Positions 1 through 12,655 of a DNA stretch of 64,000 nt are shown here, in pieces. Numbering within the stretch: position 1 is the first letter of the stretch; every line of letters starts with the position of its first letter. Source of the stretch: Octopus sinensis (taxonomy: Eukaryota); assembly GCF_006345805.1 (NCBI RefSeq), contig NW_021833270.1, forward strand, positions 19,049 through 83,048, written 5' to 3'. Made by a program: the position numbers and the translations under genes. Below the pieces are notes generated by a model. That model saw nothing but the letters and a program-made list of their open reading frames with translations. It was not told where the DNA came from and did no database searches.

Positions 1-149
1 AACCTCGGTCAATAATGTTATATGTTACCACATTTGTTTGCAAGTAGGTAACCCTCTGTTTTCAATTTTCGGGTTCATAGGATTATGCTCAAGGTGGCTT
101 CGTCATTCATACGTGCCATCCTTGCAACATTCACCCATCTTTTTTTGAA

Positions 150-1368
150 ACATTCGCTAGACAAAACTTGCCTCTCTACTCTCACTTTCCTTTTCAAGTG
201 GTACTTGAAGAAGTTGATGAGAGATTAACCAGAGAGGAAAGTGTTTGTCTCCAATCCTTTCAGACGCGTCCACCAGATACATTCTTTCGCCATAGCCACA
301 AGGATGATGAAAATAGCTCTTCCTTCCCGTTTGAAGGAAGGAAGCGTGACAATATTGACGATAGACTCGGCTGATAAACCGTCTCATCCCACACGTGACA
401 GCAGGTGTTCGACATAAGCCCACAGGTCGGAAATTGTTGGACACTGCACGAGTGCGTGCAGAATGGTATCGTCGCTCTGATCGCATCACAGGCAGGTCGG
501 CCCCGTGTTTCTGGAGCCGTGTCTGTAGAGCTTACTCCGAACGGGTAGCGCTTCCCGATAGCACTGCCAGGTCAGGGATCTCTGGGAGTTGTCCATGGGC
601 CCTGGCCCGAAAGTCGTCCTGAACAGGCGGGTCAGGTATTCCTCGCCGACGTCCAGGTTCGCCCCGAGCTCGTCGTCGTACCTCCCCTCCACTACTCCCC
701 TATAGAATGCTTTGGTTATGTTGAAGTCACTCAAGGTCGACCCGGGACGGCAGAGTTCCTTGAGAGCAACGCGGTACTCGCGTTGCCATTCGCTCTTCCT
801 CGGCCTCTTTTTGATCCACGACTGCAGTTCGGTCATGGAGACGAGTTGCGGGAATGCGTGCCTCACAAACGGCGACCACACCTGTTCACCGTCGTCTACG
901 TAGAGCCTGAGATGTCGCAGTCTTAGCGCGTGTCTGCATGTCCTCAACCACGGCATGCCCGGTCCTCCTTTTAACGGGTGTTGACAGCAAATGGATCGCC
1001 TGACCATCGGGACGCATCCTTTCCACAAGAAGCGAACGAGAATGCGTTCTAGTTTGGTGATGGTAGGGTCAGGACAAGGCACGACAGTCAGGCGGTAGTA
1101 GATGACGGACGCTATGTACGAGTTCGCTACCTCCGCCCGACCTTTTAGGGACAGCTTCCGCTCGGCCCATTGCCGCGCAAGAGTAGCCACCCTACTAGCT
1201 ATCTCGTTCCAGTTTTTCTCCATTTGGAAGTCCGGACCAAACCAGATCCCGAGCAACTCGACCGGACCGTCGGTCCAGCGTTCCAAGACGGAGGTACTGG
1301 TGGACGGCATGGGCTTGCTTCTCCAGGTGCTGACTCGCAAGCCCACTGACTTTTCCCGGTTGATTTTC
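150..1368 (-). mobile_element. 5'-truncated Tx1/L1-clade LINE, ORF2 C-terminal half (post-RT region and CCHC zinc knuckle), with premature stop
   Basis: ORF 486..1403 contains LLGIWFG, W..RKLSLKGRAEVANSYIAS, ILVRFLWKG and VRRSICCQHPLKGG, typical of Tx1/L1 ORF2. The frame continues through a TGA as CL*CDQSDDTILHALVQCP (Cx2Cx8Hx4C). The first codons of the listed ORF come from the adjoining SINE. Confidence 0.85.
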
Positions 1369-1516
1369 GCTTCTTTCAGTTTCCGTCTACCAAATCCACT
1401 CAAAAGGCTTTGGTCGGCACGAGGCTATAGTAGAAGACACTTGCCCACGGTGCCACGTAATGGGACTGAACCCGGAACTATGTGGTTCATAAGCAAGCTA
1501 TTTACCACACAGCCAC
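1369..1516 (-). mobile_element. 5' half of the main tRNA/CORE-type SINE
   Basis: Reverse complement matches the head and core of the full copies, e.g. 34285-34450. Confidence 0.85.
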
Positions 1517-1998
1517 GTACACACACACACACACACACATAAATTCATGTACATACACACACACAATCTTATTTCGAATTATTAATACCAGTACTGATGT
1601 ACAACAGTAACAAGATTTGTATCATAACAGTGAAATATCGATAACCTCCCTTACATTATGTTTTGTTTTTATCTGGAAATAAAATGAACAAATTGTCAAT
1701 GCGTGTGTGTGAGTATGTGTTTGGCTGTGTGCGTGTGTATGTGCGAGTGTGTGTGTATGACTGTAAAAAATTAGTCGACATTAGATTGTCATTTTGATCT
1801 GTTCAAAAGTATTTTTAAAAATTTGTATTAAGGGTATATCTAGTTCCGATCATATATAAACAATTGCAAGGGAACTAACTCTCAACTACCAAATGTTTTT
1901 TTGTCTGCTGAAATTCTGACAAAAATGGCTTAAGGGAGATAATTCTAAATGTCTACATACATTTCCTTTATAGTGTAGGAACATAGCTAGTATTTGTG

Positions 1999-2044
<46 letters not shown>

Positions 2045-2259
2045 AGCAATAATAAATCTCTGAACGAGATATAAACAGTAACCGCTCGACAACGTAAGGT
2101 GTACTAGCCATCTGAATGTGGCTAGCCACTGGGGGTGGGGTGTTACTGATGCTTTTAGCTCCAGGCGATCAACGTCACCAGATGGACTTTAGACACAATC
2201 TCAGTGCCCTTGTGTTATTTGCAAAGGGAGGTCATCCTCCCTCGAAAACCTAAGTACTA

Positions 2260-2304
2260 CATACGGACTATAGTTTCAAGGTAATTGCCTCTTGTCAACG
2301 CATG
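2260..2304 (-). ncRNA. Minimal type I hammerhead ribozyme, U3:A8 variant (family A, left arm)
   Basis: Minus strand reads CATGCG-TTGACAA-GAGG caatta CCTT-GAAA-CTATAG-TC-CGTATG: stem I 6 bp, stem II 4 bp, palindromic stem III ACTATAGT, GUC site. Confidence 0.75.
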
Positions 2305-2559
2305 GTAAGAACCGGTTTTCGATGAAGGAGACCCCTTGCAAATAATATTTAACGTTTTTCACAGCAACCACTGTCACTGATTTAGAAAAACTGTGCTCGA
2401 CAACGTAAGGAGTACGTTGTCGAGCGGTTACTGTTTATATCTCGTTCAGAGATTTATTATTGCTTTCAGACAGTTTTTCTAAATCAGTGACAGTGGTTGC
2501 TGTGAAAAATGTTAAATATTATTTGCAAGGGGTCTCCTTCATCGAAAACCGGTGCTTAC

Positions 2560-2604
2560 CATGCGTTGACGAGAGGCAATTACCTTGAAACTATAGTCCG
2601 TATG
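2560..2604 (+). ncRNA. Minimal type I hammerhead ribozyme, U3.G8 variant (family A, right arm)
   Basis: CATGCG-TTGACGA-GAGG caatta CCTT-GAAA-CTATAG-TC-CGTATG. Confidence 0.75.
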
Positions 2605-2770
2605 TAGTACTTAGGTTTTCGAGGGAGGATGACCTCCTTTGCAAATAACACAAGGGCACTGAGATTGTGTCTAAAGTCCATCTGGTGACGTTGATCGCCC
2701 GGGGCTAAAAGCATCAGTAACCCCCACTCCCAGTGGCTAGCCACATTCAGATGGCTAGTACACCTTACGT

Positions 2771-2816
<46 letters not shown>

Positions 2817-2862
2817 TATTATATATTATATATATATGTATATATGCATATAGTCATTTACC

Positions 2863-3068
2863 CTCTTATTTGTTTCAGTCATATGATTGCGGCCATACTG
2901 GAGTAGTACCGCCTTTAGTTGAACAAATTGACCCCAGAACTTATCGTTGTAAGTCTAGTACTTATTCTATCGGACGCATTTCCCCCGAACGCTAGTTATG
3001 TGGACGTAGACATACCAACATCTGTTGTCAAGCGATGATGAGTGGACAGACACAGACACACAACACAC

Positions 3069-3114
<46 letters not shown>

Positions 3115-3253
3115 TCATTCTCCTTCGACCACATCGACTCACAAGCAATGATGGGCGCGCGGCTACAGCAGAAGACACTTGCCCAAAGTTCCATGCAGTG
3201 GGACTGAACCGGAACCATGTGGTTGGTAAGCAAGCTATTTTCCATACAGCCAC
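2863..3253 (-). mobile_element. Main SINE, near full-length, diverged
   Basis: 3' tail (gtttcagtcat...gcggccat..tggag) and 5' head (cttgcccaa...ggaaccatgtgg...cagccac) in reverse orientation. Confidence 0.85.
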
Positions 3254-3254
3254 A

Positions 3255-3391
3255 CAAATGTATATATATAATATATATATATAGATATATATATTATATA
3301 TACATATTTTATTATAAAGACATATACATATGTATATACATACATATATACATACAATGTTATATATATACATATACATACATATATGTAC

Positions 3392-3424
<33 letters not shown>

Positions 3425-3755
3425 ATATACATAATATACACATATCAATAAAGATATATAATATATGCGTATAGAATATATTATATATAGATATATGATA
3501 AATTACTATATTATCACCGGTGTTCACGGTAATATACATACATACATATATGTATTATATATCTAATATATATATATATATATAATATATAGATATATAT
3601 ATATATATATAGATATATATACATATATAAGTACATATATAATGTTATGCATACATATATGACAATAATATATATATATATATATAGATTATATATAGAT
3701 ATATAGATATCTACATATATATGTATATATAATAGATAGATAGATAGATAGATAT

Positions 3756-3790
<35 letters not shown>

Positions 3791-3800
3791 TAGATATAGT
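3255..3800. repeat. Compound (TA)n/(TACA)n/(TAGA)n microsatellite
   Basis: Direct reading. Confidence 0.9.
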
Positions 3801-4216
3801 AGAAATATTTTCCGAAAAGATAATATAAAATACACGTGGAAATGTAAGGCTAAAATATGAAAAATCAACGAAAATGCATATTGCAAATAGAAAAAGGCCA
3901 TTTATGACAGGTGACGACAAATATATACATTTAGATTGACTGAGGTAGTAATACGAGTCATAAAAATCATTATTATGAGATGATTATAAGATGATAATAA
4001 AGTAAGAGAACAAAACGAACCAATAGTTTACGCAATGCTATTCATTGTTTGAACAACACCGGTTAATACACGGTGTCAGGTCTAATAGTTCCAGGATGCG
4101 ATGGGTAGATTGTCGGCATATTATATTTCTAATTTCAAGGATGCGCGTAGATTGTTTTTGATTTTGTCGACTACATAGTAGGGTCGGTTAGGCACTGTCT
4201 TCGAGAAAAACGGCGC

Positions 4217-4350
4217 AATGATGCAATTGACTCTGCTAGAAATGTGGAAACGACATGCTTTACTGCTTGACATTCGCGTCGGAAACTCCAATACGAATAT
4301 TTCAGAATGTTTGGGTGTCAATCTGAGGATAGTGCAATCTGAGGACATGT
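4217..4350 (+). pseudogene. Probable Tc1/mariner transposase N-terminal (HTH) relic
   Basis: Plus frame MMQLTLLEMWKRHALLLDIRVGNSNTNISECLGVNLRIVQ has an HTH-like pattern (IAxxLGVxxRTVQ). Assigned by resemblance only. Confidence 0.4.
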
Positions 4351-5009
4351 ACCGAGAGTAATAAAAATCAAACATCCAGTCAACATCAGGGTGTTTCGAG
4401 TGATCACTAGTGATGGCGACATATGGCTAAATATTTGTTACGTCTTTTGGTCCCCCCAACATCACAGATAGAACCTGCTTTTTATATTGTGTCCATGTAC
4501 AAGCACTTCTTTTCTTACATATATATTTTTATATTTTTTACATATTTTTATATTTTTTATATATATTTTATTGCTTTATATATTTTTATATATATTTTCA
4601 TGCACATTACATTTCACCCTTCATATTTGTGCATGTGCGTATAGGGACGTGTATATGAACATAATAGTGCGCGTATGGGAATATATACGTGTGTGTGTGC
4701 GGGCATGTATATGTGAACATATGTATGGATGCATATATATGAATACTTATAGGTCTGTGTGCGCGGGTGTGCATGTATGTGTTTCACACGAGTGTGAGTG
4801 AGCATATGCATATATGCACATATACATGGGTGCGCATGCAGAGCAGAATTCCGCCCCGACATCCGAAAATCTAAGTTTTATTATGGCAACCGACTAATTG
4901 TCACATATTATATTATAGATAAATTCCTCTATTTACATAATATGGAGGTCTCATTTATTCTTCTGTTGTCATATTATTGTTATGAGATATATATATATAT
5001 ATTATATAT

Positions 5010-5240
5010 ATGTAAAACTGAGAGTGTGTGTCTGTCTATCTGTCTGTGGGAATCCCTAAAACTTTAGAACTACACAACCAATTTCATTCACATTTTACAC
5101 ATGCCTTACTTAGGATCCATGGAGTGTCATGGGCATAAAAAAATCTTAACTTTTTCCCTAGGGCGACCCCACAGCAATATCATATCTTCACCACTATTTC
5201 AGCATTACATGTTAAAAGTAACACAAAAGCATCTCCCTAT
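5010..5240 (+). mobile_element. Helitron-like non-autonomous element, 5' part (paralogous to 9180-9400)
   Basis: (TA)n-aaa...tgtctgtc...aatccctaaaact...aactacacaacc.atttcattca.attttacacatgcc is shared with 9180-9400. Confidence 0.5.
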
Positions 5241-5682
5241 TAATGTCAGATACTTTCACTTTAATACTGAAACTATTAAAGTCAAACCATTATATAAGAG
5301 GGATGAACCATTAACAGTGGACATCCATTTTGCCAGAAGATCCTCTATGGTCTTATATGCTACACCACTGGGTTTCAATTCATATTAATCAAATTAATAT
5401 TCAAATTTCTCACCCTTATTATGCTAAATTTAAATTTAAACCTAGGACCATGGGTTTTGGAACGAAGTTTGTTACCACACAGCCACACCTGCACCTATGT
5501 ATATATATATATGTGTGTGTCTGTGTGTATGTGGGTATAGCTGTATATGTATGCATTTATTTCTATATATATAGATGTATATGTATACATGTATATGTGT
5601 AGATGTATATATATATAGATATACATGTAATATGTACACATATATATTCACATATATACATGCATACATATATACACCCATA

Positions 5683-5727
<45 letters not shown>

Positions 5728-5728
<1 letters not shown>

Positions 5729-6030
5729 TAGGTGCAGGTGTAGCTGTGTGGTAACAAACTTCGTTCCAAAACACATGGTCCTGGGTTTAGTCCCACTGTG
5801 TGGTGACTTGGCATGTGTCTTCTGCTATAGCCTCAGACCAACCAAAACCTTATCAGTGGATTTTGTAGACAGAAACTGAAAGAAATCAATCGTATATATA
5901 TGTATCTATATATGTAAGTCTCTGTGTGTCTTTGTGTTTCTCCCTCATCAATGTTTCACAACTAGTGTTCGTTTATTTACATCTCCATAACTTACTGATT
6001 TCACAAGAATAAGTACCAGGCTTATCAAAA
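5728..6030 (+). mobile_element. Main SINE, degraded; 3' part tandemly duplicated at about 6180-6430
   Basis: Head aggtgcaggtgtagctgtgtggtaa and core gtagac.gaaactgaaagaaatcaatcgtatata; the core recurs at about 6185. Confidence 0.7.
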
Positions 6031-6456
6031 TTAAAAAAAATACACTAGGCAGTATCTCCATATTTTTGTTTGCCCTCACAATTTATCTTTGTGTGTTTGG
6101 TGTGTGAGTGTTGTATACATACATATATCTATATATAGATATATATATATTATATATATATATATATATTATATTATGGATTTAGTAGACCAGAAACTTA
6201 AAGAAATCAATCGTATATATATGTATGTTATATTTAAGTGTAAGTGTGACTTTGTTTCTGTGTTTTACCCTCATCACTGCTTCACAACTGCTGTTCGTAA
6301 TGACATCCCCATAACTTACTGGTTTCACAAGAAGAAACTAATAGAATAAGTACCAGACTTATCAACATAAAAAAGCACTACGCTATGTCCTCTATTTTTG
6401 TTTGCCCACTCAGTTGTATCTATCAATTTATCTTTGTGTGTGTGTGTGTATGTATG

Positions 6457-6498
<42 letters not shown>

Positions 6499-6743
6499 CA
6501 CACACACACACACACATAATATATATAATATATATACACACACACATATATATATATATACACACACCACCACATACACACATATATATATATATATAAT
6601 ATATATATATAATATATATACAAAATTAAGGCGAAAGAAAAATTCTAATGCCAAATATGCCGAAAAAAGGCAAAAATTGTCAATAACCATTATAATTTAT
6701 GCGTCTCGAAACAAACCGATAGAAATTCCTAAAAAATCCGTTA

Positions 6744-6804
6744 TTACCGCATTGGTCCCAATTTCGGGGTTAATTCATAAGAATTTTCCCTTCTTCAGCG
6801 ATAA
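6744..6804 (-). ncRNA. Type I hammerhead-like fold with G at position 17 (family E, left arm)
   Basis: TTATCG-CTGAAGA-A-GGG(aaaattcttatgaattaa)CCCC-GAAA-TTGG ga CCAA-T-G-CGGTAA. Confidence 0.55.
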
Positions 6805-6925
6805 ATTCGTGAGATATAAGTGAAATACTTTCTTACACCCATGGAAAAAGCAAGCACTAATTCCTAATTCAGGACAATGCCCATGTCACAAGGTTAAGGT
6901 GGTCATGAACTTCCTCAAGGCTATG

Positions 6926-7002
<77 letters not shown>

Positions 7003-7063
7003 GTATGGGTGTATATATGTATGCATGTATATATGTGAATATATATGTGTACATATTACTAAT

Positions 7064-7124
7064 TTATCGCTGAAGAAGGGAAAATTCTTATGAATTAACC
7101 CCGAAATTGGGACCAATGCAGTAA
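7064..7124 (+). ncRNA. Type I hammerhead-like fold with G17 (family E, right arm; one stem I mismatch)
   Basis: CTGAAGA at 7070-7076, GAAA at 7103-7106, ATTGG/CCAAT stem III, AUG triplet at 7116-7118. Confidence 0.5.
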
Positions 7125-7375
7125 TAACGGATTTTTTAGGAATTTCTATCGGTTTGTTTCGAGACGCATAAATTATAATGGTTATTGACAATTTTTGCCT
7201 TTTTTTCGGCATATTTGGCATTAGAATTTTTCTTTCGCCCTAATTTTGTAAATTATTTGTAAATTTAACCTTTAAAGGTATTTTTTGATATGCTGGCCAT
7301 TGATAAAAAATTTTTCCCGAAAAAATTTTATCCTACATTAGTTATATATATATATATATATATATTATCATATAG

Positions 7376-7409
<34 letters not shown>

Positions 7410-7424
7410 TATATATCTATATAG

Positions 7425-7458
<34 letters not shown>

Positions 7459-7624
7459 CATATGTGTACATTCATATTTATTATATCAAAGACAAGTTTT
7501 TTTTATGTTCGTGTATTACTTATACATTCGAAAACTGCTGCACCGATCATAATGAAATTTGGAACTCAAAATCGAAGCCATGGGAGAAGGGTAATGTTGT
7601 GCGTTTCATAAATTTCATGGACTA

Positions 7625-9148
7625 AAATTACTGAATGGATCCTTATGATATTTGAAACTTAGATTCAATGCATAAGGGCGAGTATAATGCAATATGTTTG
7701 GTTTGAATTTCAGATGGCTTAAAGGGAGCAGAACCCCCCATGAAAATTCATAAATTTTCGATGTTGATGAAATTTCAACCATGGGTAATTGACACACATC
7801 AAGAAGTATTCTCAACGTTTCCACTTCACATGAGGATTCTAAGACACCCTAATGTGGGCCTTAACTCCCAAATTTTAGTAATTTCTTTTATGATCCAAAA
7901 CTAAGTCAAAAGTACTGAATGGATCTTTACGAAATTTGGAAATTATATTCTATGCATAAGGGCCACAACCCCCATGAAAATTCATATATTTTTGCTGTTG
8001 ATGAAATTTTAACCATAGATATTAGATACAAATGAAGTAATATTTCTAAAATTTCATCTTCTTACAAGTTAGAAAGACCCCTTCATGGGGACTTAACACC
8101 CACAATTTAGTCATTTTATCTAAGCAAAGACAAATAGTTGTACTCTTGGAAGCTGTGAGGTCATCCGAGCATAGACGATGAGCATTATTTGTAATTCAAT
8201 GGTACAACAGTGTAAGAGTTTGCTTTGACATATACTTAGATTGTGATTTCTGCGATGTGCTGCATAAATTGTGAAGTAAATGAGAGGCATCTTTGCCTCC
8301 ACTGATTCAGTTGCAAAGTGTTGAGTAAAGTTATTTAATTGCAGATCTCCTTTCCGTCTTTTTATTATCACTGGGTCACACATAGTCCCCACATGGTAAC
8401 ATTAATTTCAAGGCCTTCCCAGATGAGTGACTGGTTATTCAAAGACATTTATAGATTGTATATATATTCTGTCCATTTACGTATCAGTATAGTGGTCATT
8501 TGCAAACTCCAACTTTCATTTCTCCTTAGCCCTAACGTCACACATTTGTTAATGTTTATTTCAGTTGGATCACGCCCTTCCAATTGCTATAGATTCGTAA
8601 TGCATCTTACGGCTGTGCCTGTCACCTGCATGGTGAGGAATACTACATTGGGAGTGGTAACGACTAGGGCACTGTAGCTGACTGCTTATTGTGATCATTC
8701 GTCTTTTGGTTTCCTGTAGCTTTGCTCTCTTTTACAAACCCAGTGAGCATATATTTCCTATTTCAAAGAAATTCAAACAATAGATATAAGACCCAAGTTA
8801 AAAAGATTCTCAACAATTCAACTTCTGTGGTTGACATTAAGATGCCCACCCCCAATAGGGACGTTAACTCTCACATTTTAGAGCACCATGACCTCCATTC
8901 TTCAGGAGCAAAATCCTTTTAACAGGTCTATAAGACTGGAATTTTGGAATATGCGCATAAAAATCAGTAGTATGGGATACATGTGGCACGATTACAATTT
9001 TTTGGGGGTGTGTAAAGAGGGAAATAACCCTCATCTGCAATTTTGATGAAATTCGAAACATAGGTATTCCAGTTCATTACAGAAAATATAACAGAAAAGT
9101 CTAATTCTCCAATTGTATGTAACTCTGGCAACACCGGGTAACTCTGCT
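7625..9148. repeat. Degenerate ~280-bp internal repeats ending in a Helitron-type 3' terminus
   Basis: tactgaatggatc...tgcataagggc occurs at about 7632 and 7912. ggcaacaccgggtaactctgCTAG|T at 9127-9149 resembles the Helitron 3' end at 57299-57330. Confidence 0.4.
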
Positions 9149-9150
9149 AG

Positions 9151-9184
<34 letters not shown>

Positions 9185-9451
9185 ATATAAAGATAGCAAT
9201 GTCTGTCTGTGTGAATCCCTAAAACTCGAGAACTACACAACCGATTTCATTCAAATTTTACACATGCCATACTTAGGGTCCATGTAGTGTCATGGACCAA
9301 AAACATATTCTACTTGGTTAAAGCAAGCCCAGGACAATCTCTTACCTCTTCTACTATTTCAGTATTACGCGTCAAAAGTGAAAGAATATATCTCTCTATT
9401 GTAATATATATAGAAATATATATGTACGTGTATATATAGAGATATTTATAT

Positions 9452-9515
<64 letters not shown>

Positions 9516-9573
9516 ATATGTAATATGTACATATATATATATACATATATACATGCATACATACATTATTTAT

Positions 9574-9950
<377 letters not shown>

Positions 9951-11304
9951 TATGAGAGAAATATGAGCAATATCTGAAGTCGCTAAAGGTGCAATAAATT
10001 GAACTTCTTTTGATTTAGTAGTTAGTGATCTGCAAATGTGGGTATCTTAGAGATGGTCAAAGTGTTTGTTGTAGCTGTAATTGTCGCACACACACAAACA
10101 AATAAAAACACACAGTCGCTCACACACGTACACACAGAAATGAAAACACTCTCACACACAGACACACACAAACACTGAAATGAAAATACACACACACGCA
10201 CGCACGCACTCGAGCACACAAAAATAAAAACACTCACTCACTCACACACACGCGCACAAACACAAACACGGAAATGAAAATAGCCACACACACTCACACA
10301 CAGTTACAAACTCACACACCGGGAAATGAAAACACACATTTACACACTCACTCACTCACACACACACTCAGGCACAAACATTGAACTGGAAACACTATGT
10401 CACACAGAAGTGAAATCACACACACACACACAGACTGCCTGACCCACACACTCATACAATTTCTTCAGAATGTCAGTTTTAAGGTCAACATATTTAAAGC
10501 ATAAATAGCAACAAGTGCGCATCTTTGCATGTATCTATGTGTATGTGTGTTCGGATGTATGTGTGTTTGTGCGTGTGTGAGCACAGTCCACACATACGCC
10601 CCCGTAACTTACCGGTTCGGCAAAAGAGAAAAAGTTAGAATAAGTACTACATCCGAACACACATGCACACATATATATATATGTATTTATATATATATAT
10701 ATATATATGTATAAATACATGCATTCATACACATACCCGTGTATATACCCACACACGCATATATACTATACTTGATCAAGTCCAAAGGGTAGTACTAGAT
10801 ATTGTGAGTGTAATTAAATGTAAATTATAAGCGAGTCGATGTTTATTTGTTAAAGTTAACAGCAGAAAAGTTGCAAGTGTATGTTTGCCTCTTCCTGCGC
10901 GAATGCAAGTGTGGCCTTCACATGCGAAAAACAAACGCGCCTAAATTTTAAACTGTCACGTCTTTTATTAATATGATTCAAGGGAAGGAACTCTAAAAGT
11001 TGATTTTCTGTTATCTCCCTTATTTAGGTAGTTAATAGAATATAAACTTTTCTGGTTATTTTCTGTTTTACACACTTTTAATTTTTTCAGTTATTTCACT
11101 GCGGCCATGGTGGAGCAATGCTTTTATTCGGGCAAATCGACAACAGGACTTATACTTTGTAGGCCTAGTATTTAAACTATCGGTCCCTTTTCCCGAACCG
11201 CTAAGTTACGAGGACGTGTGTGCACCAGCACTAGTTGTCCAGCGATGTTGGAGAGATAAACAGACATACAAACGTTATATATATAAAACACAACACACAC
11301 CTGT

Positions 11305-11350
<46 letters not shown>

Positions 11351-11430
11351 GTAGTTATATAATATAATTATATATATATATATATATATATATTATGTAA
11401 GCGAGAAAGAAGCAACAAGAATGGATAGGT

Positions 11431-11517
11431 TTTTAGTACAATCGTTTCATACAAGACGGCTTTATTAAAAGTTGCAAAAATTACAGCATATACGTGTCCC
11501 GTACTCATCAGCTAAAA
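11431..11517 (-). ncRNA. Type I hammerhead ribozyme with enlarged stem II (family B), intact core
   Basis: TTTTAG-CTGATGA-GTACGGGAC...GTCTTGTAT-GAAA-CGATTG-TA-CTAAAA; GUA site. Confidence 0.72.
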
Positions 11518-11768
11518 TACATGTGAGTTCTCTAGACATCCTAGTGGTTGAGGCTATACTCATGAAGTAATGTAGATAATTAAGTAACATAAACAATTTC
11601 AAAGTTCATTAAAGTTCTTTTTTAAAATTCTGTGATAAGACTGTACGTCATCTTTAAAGAACTTTAAAGAACTTTAATGAACTTTGGAATCTGTTTATGT
11701 TACTTAATTATCTACATTACTTCATGAGTATAGCCTCAACCACTAGGATTCTAGAGAACTCACATGTA

Positions 11769-11857
11769 TTTTAGCTGATGAGTACGGGACACGTTTATAT
11801 GCTGTAATTTTTGAACTTTTAATAAAGCCTGTCCTTGTATAAACGATTGTACTAAAA
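11769..11857 (+). ncRNA. Family B hammerhead with G12 deleted (predicted inactive)
   Basis: Same fold, but reads GTAT-AAAC instead of GTAT-GAAAC at 11837-11844. Confidence 0.55.
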
Positions 11858-12054
11858 ACCTTCCATTCTTGTTGCTTCTTTCTCGCTTATAATCACCCCA
11901 CATTACTGTAGTGTTAAAACAGTATAGTTTTTTTTGGTGCTCTAAGTTAGGTACCATATTCAAGTAAATTCATTTAATTAACTTGAATCTTTATTGCTTT
12001 TTGTATATATATATATATTATATATATATATATATATATACCTATATTATGTCT

Positions 12055-12210
12055 GTGTGTATGTTCCGTCTATCAATTACTACTCACAAGGATTTTGTGG
12101 GCACGGGCTATATTAGAAGACACTAGCCCAAGACGCCACGCAGTGGAACTGAACCCAGATCACTGTCTTTCGTAGGCAAGCTACTTATCACACAGCCACT
12201 CCTTCGCCTA
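12055..12210 (-). mobile_element. Main SINE, 5' half
   Basis: ...gcagtggaactgaaccc...agctacttatcacacagccactccttcgcc. Confidence 0.8.
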
Positions 12211-12211
12211 T

Positions 12212-12252
<41 letters not shown>

Positions 12253-12282
12253 TACATACATAAATATATATATATATATATA

Positions 12283-12655
12283 GTAAAAGCAATTAAGATT
12301 CAAGTCAGTTCTAATGAATTCACTTGAATGCGGTACTTAACTTAGATGCACCAGAAAACTATATGGTATTAACCATACAATAATGTGGGGTGATTATAAA
12401 CGAGAAAAAAGCATCATCATTAAAGAACTTTGGAAGTCCGCTTACAACCTGAATTTGCTTTTTATAAAATTATCTCCGATACTTCATGAGTGTAGCCTCA
12501 CCCACTAAGATGTTTGGAGAACTCATATGTGTTTTAGCTGATGAGTACAGGACACTTTTATCTGCTGCAATATTTGCAACTTTTAATAAAGCCTGTCTTT
12601 GTATGAAACAATTGTACTAAAAACTAATCCATTCTTGTTGCTTTTTTTCTCGTTT
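12283..12655. repeat. Second family B insertion in (TA)n: inverted 3' piece (12283-12415) followed by a direct copy (12420-12655)
   Basis: 12283-12415 is the reverse complement of about 11880-12000. 12420-12655 matches about 11665-11890. Confidence 0.85.
12532..12622 (+). ncRNA. Family B hammerhead, intact core, perfect palindromic stem III
   Basis: TTTTAG-CTGATGA-GTACAGGACA...TGTCTTTGTAT-GAAA-CAATTG-TA-CTAAAA. Confidence 0.75.

Larger units (their letters stand above)
2044..2770. repeat. Long inverted repeat (~300-bp arms 2091-2394 / 2469-2770) in (TA)n; Penelope pLTR/retrozyme-like, hammerhead family A
   Basis: Arms are near-perfect reverse complements. The spacer contains an inverted copy (2413-2465) of 2044-2098. 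(TA)n lies on both sides. Confidence 0.9.
6619..7250. repeat. Long inverted repeat (~189-bp arms 6619-6807 / 7061-7250) next to (TA)n; hammerhead family E
   Basis: Arms are reverse complements with about 2 mismatches, separated by a 253-bp spacer. Confidence 0.92.
11396..12000. repeat. Inverted repeat (~215-bp arms 11396-11612 / 11672-11890) plus 3' extension, embedded in (TA)n; hammerhead family B
   Basis: Arms are reverse complements. The right arm continues to ...ttgaatctttattgctttt and then (TA)n. Confidence 0.9.

Noticed and set aside
4121-4375. 84-aa minus-strand ORF as a host gene
   Set aside because: No recognisable domain or splice context; it overlaps a probable transposase relic on the plus strand.
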